Shown: piece by piece, positions 34,101 through 43,576 of the stretch
Position numbering within the stretch: the first letter of the stretch is position 1
How the letters are laid out: every line of letters starts with the position of its first letter
Source of the DNA: Clostridia bacterium
Lineage (GTDB): Bacteria > Bacillota > Clostridia > Christensenellales > UBA3700
Assembly: GCA_029060025.1 (NCBI GenBank)
Contig: JAIDUV010000007.1
Location: forward strand, 13,007 to 77,006
Direction of reading: 5' to 3'
DNA length: 64,000 nt
Notes under the pieces: generated by a model
What the model was told of the DNA's origin: nothing
Seen by the model: only the letters and a program-made list of their open reading frames with translations
Databases searched by the model: none
Program-made: the position numbers and the translations under genes

Positions 34101-35074
34101 ACGGCGATCCTTTGCTTGATGGAGCGGGAAATCCGATAGAGACTCCCGAGACAATTTCGTTGAGTTACGCAGTAGGTTATAGAGAAGACTATGAAGAGAT
34201 AGAGAAGCACTTCACGTCGGAGTATCACTATAAGAGAGAATATACGTATAATTATAACTACAACTATATGTATAATGATAAACAGTCTTTGTATGGAGAT
34301 ATGGTCAACTACGTACCTTGGGCAAACAACTATGAACTATACGCTCCCGAACATCTCGTAGACGGCGATTTGAGCACCTTTATTCATACGCAAACGATTT
34401 CGCCGCAAAAGCCGTTTATCTTCACTATCGATATGGGTAAGGAGATAACAGCCAACAGAATGTACGTCAATACGCAGTCAAGAGCGGACTATAGATATCC
34501 AAAAGATTTCAGATTGCTGGGTAGTCTTGACGGAGAGAAGTTCTTTGAGATTGGAAGTTTCACTGACGTACCTATCATTAGCAACAACAGAATCGTAGTC
34601 GACTTTGAATTGACGACGTTCCGTTATTACCAAATGATTATAACTAAGTCGTCAAATAATCTCATAATAATCAATAGAATTGATTTTATGGAGCACTATG
34701 AGCAATTAGGCGGCGCTAAGTATTCCATTGACAATGAGATGTTCAAGTATGGCGGTAAGTGGAGTTCTCAATCCACGACGGCAAGTTTTGGACACGTCGC
34801 TGTCGGACAAAAGGGCGCTACGGTAGAATTTACTTTCGAGGGCAACAGATTGGCTCTGCTATCCTCGTCGTTGTACGGCAAAGACTTTGAAGTGACTATA
34901 GACGGCAAGACGGTGACGTCAGATCCGTTTAAGAATCTTGCAGGTGAGCGTACAGTCGTGTCGTTTATGTCTCCAGAAATTGCTCAAGGCAAGCATAAGG
35001 TCAAAGTCAAATGTAAAAAGAAGAATTGCAGCATTGATTCGTTTGTCTTCTGGCAAGCGGCAGAGACCGAGTAG
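31160..35074 (+). CDS. Membrane-anchored M60-like (enhancin-type) zinc metallopeptidase with PA14-like, discoidin/CBM32-like and C-terminal CBM-like domains
   Basis: GTG start 8 nt after AAGGAGG. A Lys/Ala-rich N-terminal tail is followed by a TM segment (IIIICVAVVACLAILLTMILSI). Motifs include TGMYAPAGE (M60 N-domain), WGNMHEYNHNFQ...GGEVTNNALN (HExxH at 32732-32746) and LVDGDLSTFIHT. Confidence 0.75.
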   Translation: MAEKKTPAKTSATAKKAEPVKKTTAAKKTEPAKSATAAKKTVTEEAQTAKGGGSASFAQRKTVNRKSETEVSAALAAANAESPKKKAKAEKAPTMVADKKAEKKKQSVTSKHDDSTSGGARAISLDKNKKIIIICVAVVACLAILLTMILSIRACTSGGKGTYADIFKNTTEVGYSAEYLGEVDRKIPTEMKNGGLAQGYPTYGSTQNLTTEQKNAVIAESWQLCSINTRIGSNGYPKGTYDSMDANGNLYLDGVATGQKLYKHTASVGMYMGDVSDSEPAIVKNITLRHRYSNSYSLTGMYAPAGEVIKIEMSQADMEASGGILVHIGQALYNTKANNIWPARNINRMPVILNSMKVNKDTATYDEKTQTYTAYVGSFLGGPIYIHNTNVTVDVKISGGVRYTHFILGYTTEDEYNENAKSSAPYFDLEVWDGGVLHSGPKKCAGISTYEEVQKAGVLWEKISLVSNYARNKREGIVFLYDPFVAAGAAVAFPGQQSVNCPSGWMSGSLKVDSFIRGGAWGNMHEYNHNFQGYGISSVGGEVTNNALNLVEYSWFTYISSARTIASYGGGGLSGWNCYTSASWAVKQICGDSDVNPGNPLSMYAVLLHNFGQDSFLNTTRTSGTDAYFTAWSETVHQDMTYYAEQIAKVFNGRFGGYPDMSADAKAKMKSKNYPMFVPIASVYQTGRSYNYDGEKKYISTQQPFVIQYGEEFDIDLSRYTVGSGGIYQSGSVVIPERFSYTVKSVAAQDGQKINGTLKKVDDMHYTFTPNKEILSGKIIATLEIKDTQGEYTNIDNVDLILEFEQSHEMNKNVVQRTTYTYADGEGYTDAVAAYEAGYAGYAQKIEGDNINRTQNSNTDVWYTNQEGDVVPKNGIVEIKGKLQATADGKYRIAVRGRWNIALYIKVNDAKEYILAASSKTDTGTNINDANKVPHYDLELKKDDWVYFKEVLVTSMNGNRASFIGLGFNKFEDPMPILDANGDPLLDGAGNPIETPETISLSYAVGYREDYEEIEKHFTSEYHYKREYTYNYNYNYMYNDKQSLYGDMVNYVPWANNYELYAPEHLVDGDLSTFIHTQTISPQKPFIFTIDMGKEITANRMYVNTQSRADYRYPKDFRLLGSLDGEKFFEIGSFTDVPIISNNRIVVDFELTTFRYYQMIITKSSNNLIIINRIDFMEHYEQLGGAKYSIDNEMFKYGGKWSSQSTTASFGHVAVGQKGATVEFTFEGNRLALLSSSLYGKDFEVTIDGKTVTSDPFKNLAGERTVVSFMSPEIAQGKHKVKVKCKKKNCSIDSFVFWQAAETE
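31309..31317 (+). repeat. G9 homopolymer inside the 5' coding region of the M60-like gene
   Basis: Nine consecutive G (aaaGGGGGGGGGtag) encode K-G-G-G at about codons 50-53. Confidence 0.95.
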
Positions 35075-35100
35075 AGTAGGTAATTACCAAACGGTTTTGG

Positions 35101-35130
35101 CACCGCCCATTATGGGCGGTGTTTCTATTT
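35101..35130 (+). terminator. Intrinsic terminator
   Basis: caccgccca-tta-tgggcggtg followed by a T-rich tract. Confidence 0.75.
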
Positions 35131-35220
35131 ATTGAATTACGATAAAAATATATTGACATTTTCTATATTCTTATACTATAATTTAATTGATATTAAATTT
35201 AATTTATGAAGGAGTTCTTT

Positions 35221-35718
35221 ATGAATGACAAAAAAGTTGCTTGGCTTTTGCGAGTAGCAATTATTATCGTAGGTTTATTCGGCATTACAGTATGCGCGTT
35301 TTGGTGGCCGTTTAGCATATCTTTATCGGCAATTGGTATAGATAAAAGTTTGGCTTCGATTACAGGGGAGCAAATGGTGGAGTTTTGGTTGCAGTTTGCA
35401 TTTTATCAGGCGGCATCTTTGCCTTGTTTTGTGATATTGGTATTTGCTTGGCTTGTGACAAATCGCATAAGCAAAGGACAGTTTTTTGCGTTAAGCACTG
35501 CAAAATTTATAAATATATCGGCTTTGATGCTCTATATAGATTTAGGTATCTTCTTGATAGGCAATTTGGTATTTATGTTTTTGAATTGGAATACCTTTGC
35601 AATAATGTATTATTTCTTGGCGGCGATAGGCTTTGCCGTGGCAATTTGTATGAGCATAATCGCATATTTCGTCAAGAGATCGGCAGAACTTAAAGAAGAG
35701 ACGGAAGGTATAATATGA
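35221..35718 (+). CDS. DUF2975-type membrane protein
   Basis: Four hydrophobic segments. GAAGGAG RBS before the ATG at 35221. It shows the classical pairing with a downstream YozG-like HTH gene. Confidence 0.6.
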   Translation: MNDKKVAWLLRVAIIIVGLFGITVCAFWWPFSISLSAIGIDKSLASITGEQMVEFWLQFAFYQAASLPCFVILVFAWLVTNRISKGQFFALSTAKFINISALMLYIDLGIFLIGNLVFMFLNWNTFAIMYYFLAAIGFAVAICMSIIAYFVKRSAELKEETEGII

Positions 35719-35927
35719 TAGTAATAAATATAGACGTGATGTTGGCAAAAAGAAAAATGAGCGTAACTCAACTCACTCAAAGAGTGGGCTTGACTATGGC
35801 AAACGTTTCGCTTTTGAAAAACGGCAAGGTCAAGGCTATAAAACTTTCCACCCTTAACAAAATCTGCGAAGTCTTAGACTGTCAGCCTGCCGATATATTA
35901 GAATACTTGCCAGACGAGGAAGCGTAG
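35715..35927 (+). CDS. Small XRE/YozG-type helix-turn-helix transcriptional regulator
   Basis: MLAKRKMSVTQLTQRVGLTMANVSLLKNGKVKAIKLSTLNKICEVLDCQPADIL. An ATGA overlap couples it to the upstream gene. Confidence 0.8.
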   Translation: MIVINIDVMLAKRKMSVTQLTQRVGLTMANVSLLKNGKVKAIKLSTLNKICEVLDCQPADILEYLPDEEA

Positions 35928-35930
35928 GGG

Positions 35931-35962
35931 GTATTTCGACAGCAGCGAAGCGGAGAAATCTC
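35931..35962 (+). repeat. Family-1 repeat unit
   Basis: gtatttcgacagcagcgaagcggagaaatctc, starting 4 nt after the stop codon. Confidence 0.8.
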
Positions 35963-36012
35963 AAAAAAATATACAGAAAAAAATACGGATTAGATTAATT
36001 AGGAGTGGCAAT

Positions 36013-36330
36013 ATGTCTGTAGTTGAAAGCGAAACCGTTGACGGCGTTGCGGTAAACGAAAATCAATTAAAGTTGCTTATAAGCGACCACCTTGATTTTA
36101 ATGACGAATACAATCATTTGCTTTGTTTGCAGAATAAAATAAATTCATATCTCGGCTTTATTGAAAACCGTCAATATTGCGAAATATATCCCGATTATAA
36201 AGTTGATAGCGTAGTTATTGAAATTCATTTCAAATATAACATAACCGATAATTGCAAAAAGTTCATTACGGTTGTAAATAACCAAATAAGCGAAATGAGC
36301 GTTGTTTGTATTGCAGTTGAAAGTCGGTAA
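36013..36330 (+). CDS. Hypothetical 105-aa protein (immunity-protein-like small family, recollection only)
   Basis: AGGAG RBS. LLISDHLDFNDEYNHLLCLQNKINSYLGFIE resembles a widespread small-protein family. Locally AT-rich. Confidence 0.4.
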   Translation: MSVVESETVDGVAVNENQLKLLISDHLDFNDEYNHLLCLQNKINSYLGFIENRQYCEIYPDYKVDSVVIEIHFKYNITDNCKKFITVVNNQISEMSVVCIAVESR

Positions 36331-36396
36331 ATTCTTTATGCGAAAATAAAAGTTAAATTTCAATTTAGATTACTTTGTTGGCATAATTATGTATAG

Positions 36397-36432
36397 AAAA
36401 ACACTCTCGGAAATTTGTCCAAGAGTGTTTTC
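36397..36432. terminator. Bidirectional terminator
   Basis: aaaacactct ... agagtgtttt, between convergent genes. Confidence 0.65.
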
Positions 36433-36565
36433 TCATCGCTTGAAAGTGCAACTCTTAAAAATTCAGTTTTTTTATTCCCTATGGGAAGTGCGCTTTATCG
36501 TCCTTGCTTTAATCCTGTGAAATACACCATTATTCGCCGTATTTTTATATTAACTATATAATATA

Positions 36566-37435
36566 TTACAGTTGAAGACTTTTGAGATATTGCTTGAGTC
36601 CGTCTTTTAGTTTTTCGTCTCTCAAGCCGTATTCAACGGTTGCTTGAATATAGCCCAATTTATCGCCGACATCGTATCTTCTTCCTTCAAAGGTATAAGC
36701 GAATACGCCTGTGGAATCTGCAATTGTCTGAATTGCGTCGGTCAGGCATACTTCGCCGTTTGGCATAGCGGGTGTGCGTTTGAGTATATCAAATATATCT
36801 GGTGTGAGAATATATCTGCCGATACTTGCCAAGGTTGAGGGGAGTTGATCGATTTTAGGCTTTTCCACGAGACGAAGCACTTCAGTATATTTGCCTTTGG
36901 TTGCGCCCGGCTTGACAATGCCGTATTTGCTTGCTTCCTCTCTAGGCACGTCTTGACAGCCGAGTATAACTTTGCCGGTCGTGTCATACGCGTCAATGAG
37001 TTGTTTCAGACAAGGCTTTTGGGGATTGTAGATAATGTCGTCTCCGTAAAGCACTGCAAAAGGCTCGTTGCCTACGAATGCCTCTGCTTCAAGCACTGCC
37101 ATACCGCTGCCGTTCATTTCCTTTTGGCGTACGTAATATATATGCGCCATATTGGATATGTCTCTCACTTGCTTGAGATATTCATCCTTTTTGGTACGCA
37201 TAAGCAATTGCTCAAGTTCTACAGATATATCAAAGTGGTCTTCGATACATTTTTTGTTTTTGCCAAGAATTATTAAGATTTCCGTAATGCCGCTGTTTAC
37301 CGCTTCTTCCACCACGTATTGCAGGGTGGGGGTGTCGACGATAGGCAACATCTCTTTTGGTATTGCCTTTGTTGCAGGCAAGAATCTTGTGCCAAAACCG
37401 GCAGCCGGAATTACGGCCTTTTTGATTTTTGTCAT
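36566..37435 (-). CDS. galU: UTP--glucose-1-phosphate uridylyltransferase
   Basis: KAVIPAAGFGTRFLPATKAIPKEMLPIVD and VEKP motifs; 289 aa. Confidence 0.9.
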   Translation of the reverse strand: MTKIKKAVIPAAGFGTRFLPATKAIPKEMLPIVDTPTLQYVVEEAVNSGITEILIILGKNKKCIEDHFDISVELEQLLMRTKKDEYLKQVRDISNMAHIYYVRQKEMNGSGMAVLEAEAFVGNEPFAVLYGDDIIYNPQKPCLKQLIDAYDTTGKVILGCQDVPREEASKYGIVKPGATKGKYTEVLRLVEKPKIDQLPSTLASIGRYILTPDIFDILKRTPAMPNGEVCLTDAIQTIADSTGVFAYTFEGRRYDVGDKLGYIQATVEYGLRDEKLKDGLKQYLKSLQL

Positions 37436-37470
37436 ATTTCCCTCTATTATAGAAGACTCTTCTTAGTTAC

Positions 37471-37497
37471 TGCGGCAATCTTACTCGCGTCACTTAA
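37471..37497. repeat. Family-2 repeat, minimal form
   Basis: tgcggcaatcttactcgcgtcacttaa joins the two ends of the 7925-8062 element without the interior. Confidence 0.55.
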
Positions 37498-37625
37498 TCA
37501 AAGTCTCTTGATGTATAATATTTTTTGTGTTTGTATAATAATTATATTTTATAACTATTATATACTATTAAACTATATAAATCAATGTTTACACAAATTT
37601 TTCCAAAAATTTTGCATAAAAGGTA

Positions 37626-37678
37626 TTGACAAGGTCAAAAATAGTGATATAATAAAACAAAGGTCAAAGAAAGTCAAA
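37626..37678 (+). promoter_or_regulatory. ctsR operon promoter with a CtsR operator
   Basis: TTGACA (37626-37631), a 16-nt spacer with an extended TG, then TATAAT (37648-37653). A direct heptad repeat GGTCAAAGAAAGTCAAA sits at 37662-37678, and a further GGTCAAA lies at 37633-37639. Confidence 0.75.
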
Positions 37679-37705
37679 CATAAAATTTGACAAAAGGAGG
37701 TTGAG

Positions 37706-38158
37706 ATGGCAAACGTATCCGACGAAATCGAGCAGTTTATACTTTCGATATTTTCAGATGACAGTCTTAAATTGTCGCGAAATGATTTGGCGCATTATTT
37801 TTCTGTCGCGCCTAGTCAGATAAATTACGTTTTGTCGACGCGTTTTAACCTTGACAAAGGCTACGTCATTGAGTCAAAAAGAGGCGGCGGAGGTTTTATT
37901 ACCATCGTCAGAATAAGCGAAGACAAAGAGGATACTCTTTCCGCCATATTGCAAGAAATTGAAGGAATCGACGCGCTCTCTTTCAACAGGGCAAATTGCT
38001 TTTTACAGAGATTGGAGAGAGACGAGATAATCACCAAGCAGGAGAGTGATATTATCAAAAACGCTATCAGCGACAAGGCGATGGGCGTCGTTACTCACAG
38101 CGCTAGCGCGCGTAAAAACATATTTAAAGAAATATTGATAGGATTGATCAGGAGGTAA
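37706..38158 (+). CDS. ctsR: Class III stress-gene repressor CtsR
   Basis: VAPSQINYVLSTRFNLDKGYVIESKRGGGGFITI is diagnostic. Confidence 0.9.
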   Translation: MANVSDEIEQFILSIFSDDSLKLSRNDLAHYFSVAPSQINYVLSTRFNLDKGYVIESKRGGGGFITIVRISEDKEDTLSAILQEIEGIDALSFNRANCFLQRLERDEIITKQESDIIKNAISDKAMGVVTHSASARKNIFKEILIGLIRR

Positions 38159-38164
38159 GAAGAT

Positions 38165-38674
38165 ATGCTTTGTGGGCTTTGCAAAAAAAGACCTGTGGAG
38201 GCTATTGTTAAGACAGACGAGGGAACCGCAAACCTCTGCGGAATGTGTTTCCAAAGATACAGAATGCTCAAGGCTACGGGGGAGATAGAAGGACTGTTAG
38301 ACTATTTTTATATGTTTGACGAATTTAATCCGGTTACTGCGTACGCAGTGCGTACGAGCGAAATGTGTTGTCCTTCTTGCGGAACTAATCTAAACGCAAT
38401 CAAAAAGGAATATAAGTTTGGCTGTTCTAAGTGTTACGACTTCTTTTCCGACCAAGCCGATGGGTATTTTGAAGAATTGGAAGGACAAGAATATAAAGGC
38501 AGATACTTTGGATATGAGAGCAAAAAGAATCAGAGCAGAAAACTGTCGGAGATGACTATAGATGACCTACCGCTCTTGATGAGAAAGTTGCAAGAAGCGA
38601 GAGACAATCAAGAGTTGTCCAGAGCCCAGGCAATTGATAGGCGCATACAGCAACTCAAAGGGGGCAAACAATGA
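38165..38674 (+). CDS. mcsA: McsA (zinc-finger / UVR-motif activator of McsB)
   Basis: N-terminal CxxC pairs and a C-terminal UVR-like helix. Positioned between ctsR and mcsB. Confidence 0.8.
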   Translation: MLCGLCKKRPVEAIVKTDEGTANLCGMCFQRYRMLKATGEIEGLLDYFYMFDEFNPVTAYAVRTSEMCCPSCGTNLNAIKKEYKFGCSKCYDFFSDQADGYFEELEGQEYKGRYFGYESKKNQSRKLSEMTIDDLPLLMRKLQEARDNQELSRAQAIDRRIQQLKGGKQ

Positions 38675-39702
38675 ATATTCAAGACATTGTAGTTTCAAGT
38701 AGAATAAGGTTTGCCAGAAATATCAATGATTTGCCGTTCCCTCACTTGCTTGCAGGCAACGAAGCAAGACTTCAAGAATTTTTGAACACTGTTCAAAATG
38801 TGTGCGCAAGCAAATTTGACGGTGATTTATATACCGTCAACAGTATGAACATAGGCGGCAATCTTTGTGAGGGTGCGGGTGATTACGTTTTGACTATGCT
38901 TGTCGAAAATCATTTGATCAGCCCAGCGCTTGGCAGAAGTAAGTTGGGCGGAGCCATCATAAGTAAAGACAAGACCATATCAGTTATGTTCAACGAAGAG
39001 GATCACTTGCGCGAGCAATGTATATTGGAGGGTTTTCGTCTCAAAGAGGCATATGAAAGATTGCTGGAAGTCGACTTGGCTTTGCACGACAGACTGGATA
39101 TTGCCTACAAGAAGGGGCTTGGACACCTTACGGCTTGCCCCACCAATCTAGGCGCGGGTATGAGAGCGTCGGTGATGATGTTCTTGCCGGCATTGGATTT
39201 GGGCGGAGACTTGAGACGGCTCATCAAGAAATACGCCGCAGAAGACGTGACTATAAGAGGCGTCTACGGCGAAGGCAGCGAAGCAAAGGGCTTTATGTAT
39301 CAGATATCCAACCAAGCGGCAGTGGGCTGGAGCGAAGAGCAGATTATTGCCAAAGTTGAGAGCGTAGTCAGAGAATTATGTCAACTTGAAGAGCAGGCAA
39401 GGCGGGCTATCTGGGACAGAAAGGGCGTGGATATAGAGGATCAGATAATGCGCGCTTACGGCACGTTATTGTTTGCAAGAGTACTTGGCTCTGACGAGTT
39501 TATGATAAATATTGCCAACGTAAAGTTGGGAGTGGGGTACGGACTGCTCAAGTTGGATATACCTTCTATCAACAGGCTTATTCCAAAAGTATTGCCTTAC
39601 ACGCTTTCTGTAAAGGCGGGTAAAAAACTCTCTCCTCACGAGCGGGATATAATGAGAGCAAAGATAGTGCGAGAAGCGTTGCTCGCCTGTAAAACAAAGT
39701 AG
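38671..39702 (+). CDS. mcsB: Protein arginine kinase McsB
   Basis: ATP:guanido phosphotransferase motif CPTNLGAGMRASVMMFLP. An ATGA overlap couples it to mcsA. Confidence 0.9.
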   Translation: MNIQDIVVSSRIRFARNINDLPFPHLLAGNEARLQEFLNTVQNVCASKFDGDLYTVNSMNIGGNLCEGAGDYVLTMLVENHLISPALGRSKLGGAIISKDKTISVMFNEEDHLREQCILEGFRLKEAYERLLEVDLALHDRLDIAYKKGLGHLTACPTNLGAGMRASVMMFLPALDLGGDLRRLIKKYAAEDVTIRGVYGEGSEAKGFMYQISNQAAVGWSEEQIIAKVESVVRELCQLEEQARRAIWDRKGVDIEDQIMRAYGTLLFARVLGSDEFMINIANVKLGVGYGLLKLDIPSINRLIPKVLPYTLSVKAGKKLSPHERDIMRAKIVREALLACKTK

Positions 39703-39752
39703 AAAAAATTTCTTGATTTGCGAAGGGTACGCAAATAATAGGAGTATATAAA

Positions 39753-42215
39753 ATGGAAAGATTTGATGAAGAATGTAACAAAATTTTAAAGACTGCGGAA
39801 ATGCTTGCAATGAAAAGCGGCGGAGTTGTGGGAACGGAGCATTTGCTTTGCGCCTTCACTTATCACGAGAATTGCCCTGCGACAAAGATTTTGGCAAGAC
39901 ACGGAGTTGACAAGAGCATAGTCAAAGAGTTTTTGCCAACTGACGGCAGATCTTACGTGTCGTGCGAATATTCTCCAAGGGTAAAGGAGTGTCTCAACAC
40001 TGCCGTAATGCTGTCCAACAGAGTGGGGATGCGATATGCAAATTCGCTGTTGCTTTTGATAGCCACGCTTCAGGACAGGACGTCTTTTGCGTGCCGAGGA
40101 CTTATGGCAATGGGAGTGTCTCCTGAGGATATAGGCAACGACGCTCTTGACGTGCTCAATGGGGCGGCTAGAAAGAGCAGACCGTCTTCAGCGAGCGAAA
40201 GGTCAAGCAAGGACGGCGCTAAAGGTCAATATTCTTCAGAAGAATACGGCGAAGACGACTCTGAAGACGCATTGTCAGGGCTTGGCGAAGATATGACGCA
40301 AAAGGCTAAGGACGGCAAACTCGATCCCGTCATAGGCAGAGACGAAGAAATTCAGCGCATAATAGAGATACTTTCGAGAAGAAAGAAAAACAATCCCATC
40401 TTGATAGGCGAGCCGGGCGTAGGTAAGAGCGCGGTAGTCGAAGGACTTGCGCAGGCAATCATAGAGGGAAAAGTACCCGAGCAACTCAAAAACAAACGTG
40501 TCTTTTCATTGGATATGGCAAGTCTGCTTGCCGGCACGAAGTATAGAGGCGAATTTGAAGAGAGGCTCAAGAAGGCTATTGAACAACTCAACAAAAGAGG
40601 TGATACGATACTATTTATCGACGAGATTCACACGATAGTAGGCGCTGGTAGTACGGAGGGCAGTATGGACGCCGCCAATATCCTCAAGCCTCAACTTGCA
40701 AGAGGCGAATTGCAGACGATAGGCGCAACCACTTTGGAGGAGTATCGCAAATATTTTGAGAAAGACAGCGCATTGGAAAGAAGATTTCAGACAGTCACGG
40801 TAGACCCGCCGTCAGTCAGCGACACTATTACTATACTTCACGGCTTGAAGAGTAAGTATGAAGAGCACCACGGCGTGCAGATTACCGACAGCGCAATAGT
40901 TGCGGCGGCAGTGATGAGTGATAGATATATCAACGACAGATTTTTGCCTGACAAGGCAATAGACCTCATTGACGAGGCTGGCTCTCGCAAGAGAATACAC
41001 GGCTCTTCTTTGCCGCAAGAGATACAAAAGATAGAAGACGACATCAAAAAGGCGGAGAGCACTATCAAGACTTATGTCGATATGACGGAATACGGCAAAG
41101 CCGAAGAAGTCAAAAAGTATAAAGCAGAACTTGAGCAAAGACTCAAAGAAGAGCGCAATAAATGGGCTATCGACACGAGCGCAAGCAATATGAGTATCGA
41201 CGAGACGGATATTGCCAATATCGTATCGTCTTGGACTAAGATACCTGTGACAAAACTCACGCAGAGCGAGAGTGAGAAACTCTTGGGTATGGAAGATATC
41301 TTGAAGAAGAGAGTAATTGGACAGGACGAGGCTGTCGAGGCAATTTCTCGCGCAGTCAGAAGGGCAAGAGTAGGCATCAAGGACCCTAAGAGACCGATAG
41401 GCTCGTTTATATTCTTCGGACCAACCGGCGTAGGCAAAACGGAGTTGACCAAGGCGCTTGCAGAAGCAATCTTCGGTGACGAAAATCTTATGATAAGAGT
41501 GGATATGTCGGAGTATATGGACAAAGTCAGCGTGTCCAAACTCATTGGCTCGGCGCCCGGTTACGTCGGCTTTGAAGAGGGCGGACAGTTGACGGAAAAA
41601 GTAAGGAGAAAGCCCTATTCCGTAGTGCTCTTTGACGAGATAGAAAAGGCTCACCCCGAAGTGTTCAATATCCTGTTGCAAATCCTTGACGACGGCGTAT
41701 TGACGGACTCTCACGGCAGAAAGGTCGACTTCAAGAATACGATAATCATTATGACGTCCAACATAGGCGCAAGCGAAATCAAGGCTACGGCAAGACTAGG
41801 CTTTGGCGCAAAAGAAGCAAGCGACGATTACGAGAATATGCGTCAGGCTCAAATGCAGGCTCTCAAAAAGACGTTGAAGCCGGAGTTTATCAACCGTATC
41901 GACGATATTATCATTTTCAGACCGCTGCAGGACGAGGATATGTCAAAGATAATTTCCGTAATGACGGCTTCGCTCAAAAAGCGTCTTGCAGATAAGGACA
42001 TCAATATCGAGGTCAGCGACGAGGCAATGAAACTTATCGTCGCAAAGGGCGCAAATAAAGAATACGGCGCAAGACCGCTTCGCAGAGCGTTGCAGAGAAT
42101 GATTGAGGACGAACTTAGCGAGCGTATTCTCAAAGGCGAATTTGCAATCGGAGACCATATTGATATTGACGCTGACGGAGAGAAACTTACGTTTAAGAAG
42201 CAAGACAATGCGTAA
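39753..42215 (+). CDS. clpC: ATP-dependent Clp protease ATP-binding subunit ClpC
   Basis: Clp N-domain, two AAA+ modules (GEPGVGKSAV, GPTGVGKTEL) and a UVR-like linker; 820 aa. Confidence 0.92.
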   Translation: MERFDEECNKILKTAEMLAMKSGGVVGTEHLLCAFTYHENCPATKILARHGVDKSIVKEFLPTDGRSYVSCEYSPRVKECLNTAVMLSNRVGMRYANSLLLLIATLQDRTSFACRGLMAMGVSPEDIGNDALDVLNGAARKSRPSSASERSSKDGAKGQYSSEEYGEDDSEDALSGLGEDMTQKAKDGKLDPVIGRDEEIQRIIEILSRRKKNNPILIGEPGVGKSAVVEGLAQAIIEGKVPEQLKNKRVFSLDMASLLAGTKYRGEFEERLKKAIEQLNKRGDTILFIDEIHTIVGAGSTEGSMDAANILKPQLARGELQTIGATTLEEYRKYFEKDSALERRFQTVTVDPPSVSDTITILHGLKSKYEEHHGVQITDSAIVAAAVMSDRYINDRFLPDKAIDLIDEAGSRKRIHGSSLPQEIQKIEDDIKKAESTIKTYVDMTEYGKAEEVKKYKAELEQRLKEERNKWAIDTSASNMSIDETDIANIVSSWTKIPVTKLTQSESEKLLGMEDILKKRVIGQDEAVEAISRAVRRARVGIKDPKRPIGSFIFFGPTGVGKTELTKALAEAIFGDENLMIRVDMSEYMDKVSVSKLIGSAPGYVGFEEGGQLTEKVRRKPYSVVLFDEIEKAHPEVFNILLQILDDGVLTDSHGRKVDFKNTIIIMTSNIGASEIKATARLGFGAKEASDDYENMRQAQMQALKKTLKPEFINRIDDIIIFRPLQDEDMSKIISVMTASLKKRLADKDINIEVSDEAMKLIVAKGANKEYGARPLRRALQRMIEDELSERILKGEFAIGDHIDIDADGEKLTFKKQDNA

Positions 42216-42256
42216 AAGGACTTTTTGGTAAGTATCTAATTTGCAAAGGGGAGAAA

Positions 42257-43279
42257 ATGAAAAAGACATATAAATCAATATCACTATTATTAGCCATTGT
42301 GCTGATGAATATTTGTTTATTCGCATTTGTCGGTTGCGCAAAAAAATATGACGATAATATACCTGTCAAAGAAGGATATTTGCGTACGGCAGATATACGC
42401 ATAAGGGACATCTCCGTAGTCATAGACGACGGCAAATATTATATGTACGGTATGTACCCTTGCTCGGTAGAAGACGGCGGATACGCTTGTTACGTAAGCG
42501 AGGATTTGCAATATTGGGAAGAGACTCCGCACGACGTGTTCTTGGCAGATTGGGACAAGAATTTTGAAGGCACGAGTTGTTTTTGGGCGCCCGAAGTCCA
42601 TAAGTATAATGGCAAATTTTATCTGTTTGGCACCTATCTTTCTCCGACCACAGGCAATAGAGGGACAGGCGTATTTGTGTCTGACAGTCCTTTGGGAGAA
42701 TTTCAACTCATATCAGACGGACATATTACGCCTCACGAATGGAATTGTATTGACGCGACCTTATATATTGACGAAGACGGACAGCCTTGGACGGCATTTG
42801 TTCACGAGTGGGTGGACGAGGGCGAAGGCTCAATGTGTGTGGCAAAACTTTCTGACGACCTCACTCATATAGTAGGCGAAGTCAAGACTGTATTTTATGC
42901 CAAAGACCCGCTTTGGTCAAATAACAAAGTTACGGACGCTCCGTATTTTTATAAGACAAAAGACGGCAGATTGCTTATGCTTTGGTCCAACAGCGATTTG
43001 CTGGACAATTACGCCGTGGGTATAGCGTATTCAAAGGACGGCAAGGTAGACGGCGAGTGGAGACATCAGGCTACGCCGCTGTATTCTAAGAATACTAAGT
43101 ATGCAGAGGACGGCGGTCATCCAGTCGTATTTGAAGATATGCAGGGCAATCTTGTACTAGGTTTTCATTCCCCGGGCTTTGTCAACGACAAGAGCGAAAG
43201 AGTAGAACACGCTTGTTTTTATAAGTTGAAAGATACCGGCAAAAGTCTAAAAATTATAGGGCAGTTGTTTGTTCCTTAA
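42257..43279 (+). CDS. GH43-family glycoside hydrolase lipoprotein
   Basis: Lipobox LFAFVGC. GH43 blades are present (DGKYYMYG, FWAPEVHKYNGKFYLFGTY, IDATLYIDEDGQPW). Confidence 0.75.
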   Translation: MKKTYKSISLLLAIVLMNICLFAFVGCAKKYDDNIPVKEGYLRTADIRIRDISVVIDDGKYYMYGMYPCSVEDGGYACYVSEDLQYWEETPHDVFLADWDKNFEGTSCFWAPEVHKYNGKFYLFGTYLSPTTGNRGTGVFVSDSPLGEFQLISDGHITPHEWNCIDATLYIDEDGQPWTAFVHEWVDEGEGSMCVAKLSDDLTHIVGEVKTVFYAKDPLWSNNKVTDAPYFYKTKDGRLLMLWSNSDLLDNYAVGIAYSKDGKVDGEWRHQATPLYSKNTKYAEDGGHPVVFEDMQGNLVLGFHSPGFVNDKSERVEHACFYKLKDTGKSLKIIGQLFVP

Positions 43280-43321
43280 TTTAGTTAACCATACTATGTT
43301 GATTATATGGCATAGAGCGCT

Positions 43322-43362
43322 GTCGAGAGGTTTCTAATTGTTGGAGATTTCTCGACTTCGCC
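43322..43362. repeat. Degenerate family-1 repeat pair
   Basis: gtcgagaggtttct ... ggagatttctcgacttcgcc. Confidence 0.5.
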
Positions 43363-43576
43363 ACTCTTTGCTCAGTAGACGCGCAAAGTTTGAAATTTTT
43401 CTACCGTAAATTTTATTAAATTTTTTCACAAAATTTTCCAAACCCCCCTTTTATTCATTGAAATTATGTGCTATAATTTAATCAACAACAAGAGAGGTGC
43501 TGATTAAGCGAGCGCATTATGATACAAGATCGCGGACTTGAGCAGAGACTCTTAAAAAAATAAGGAGGGCAATTAT

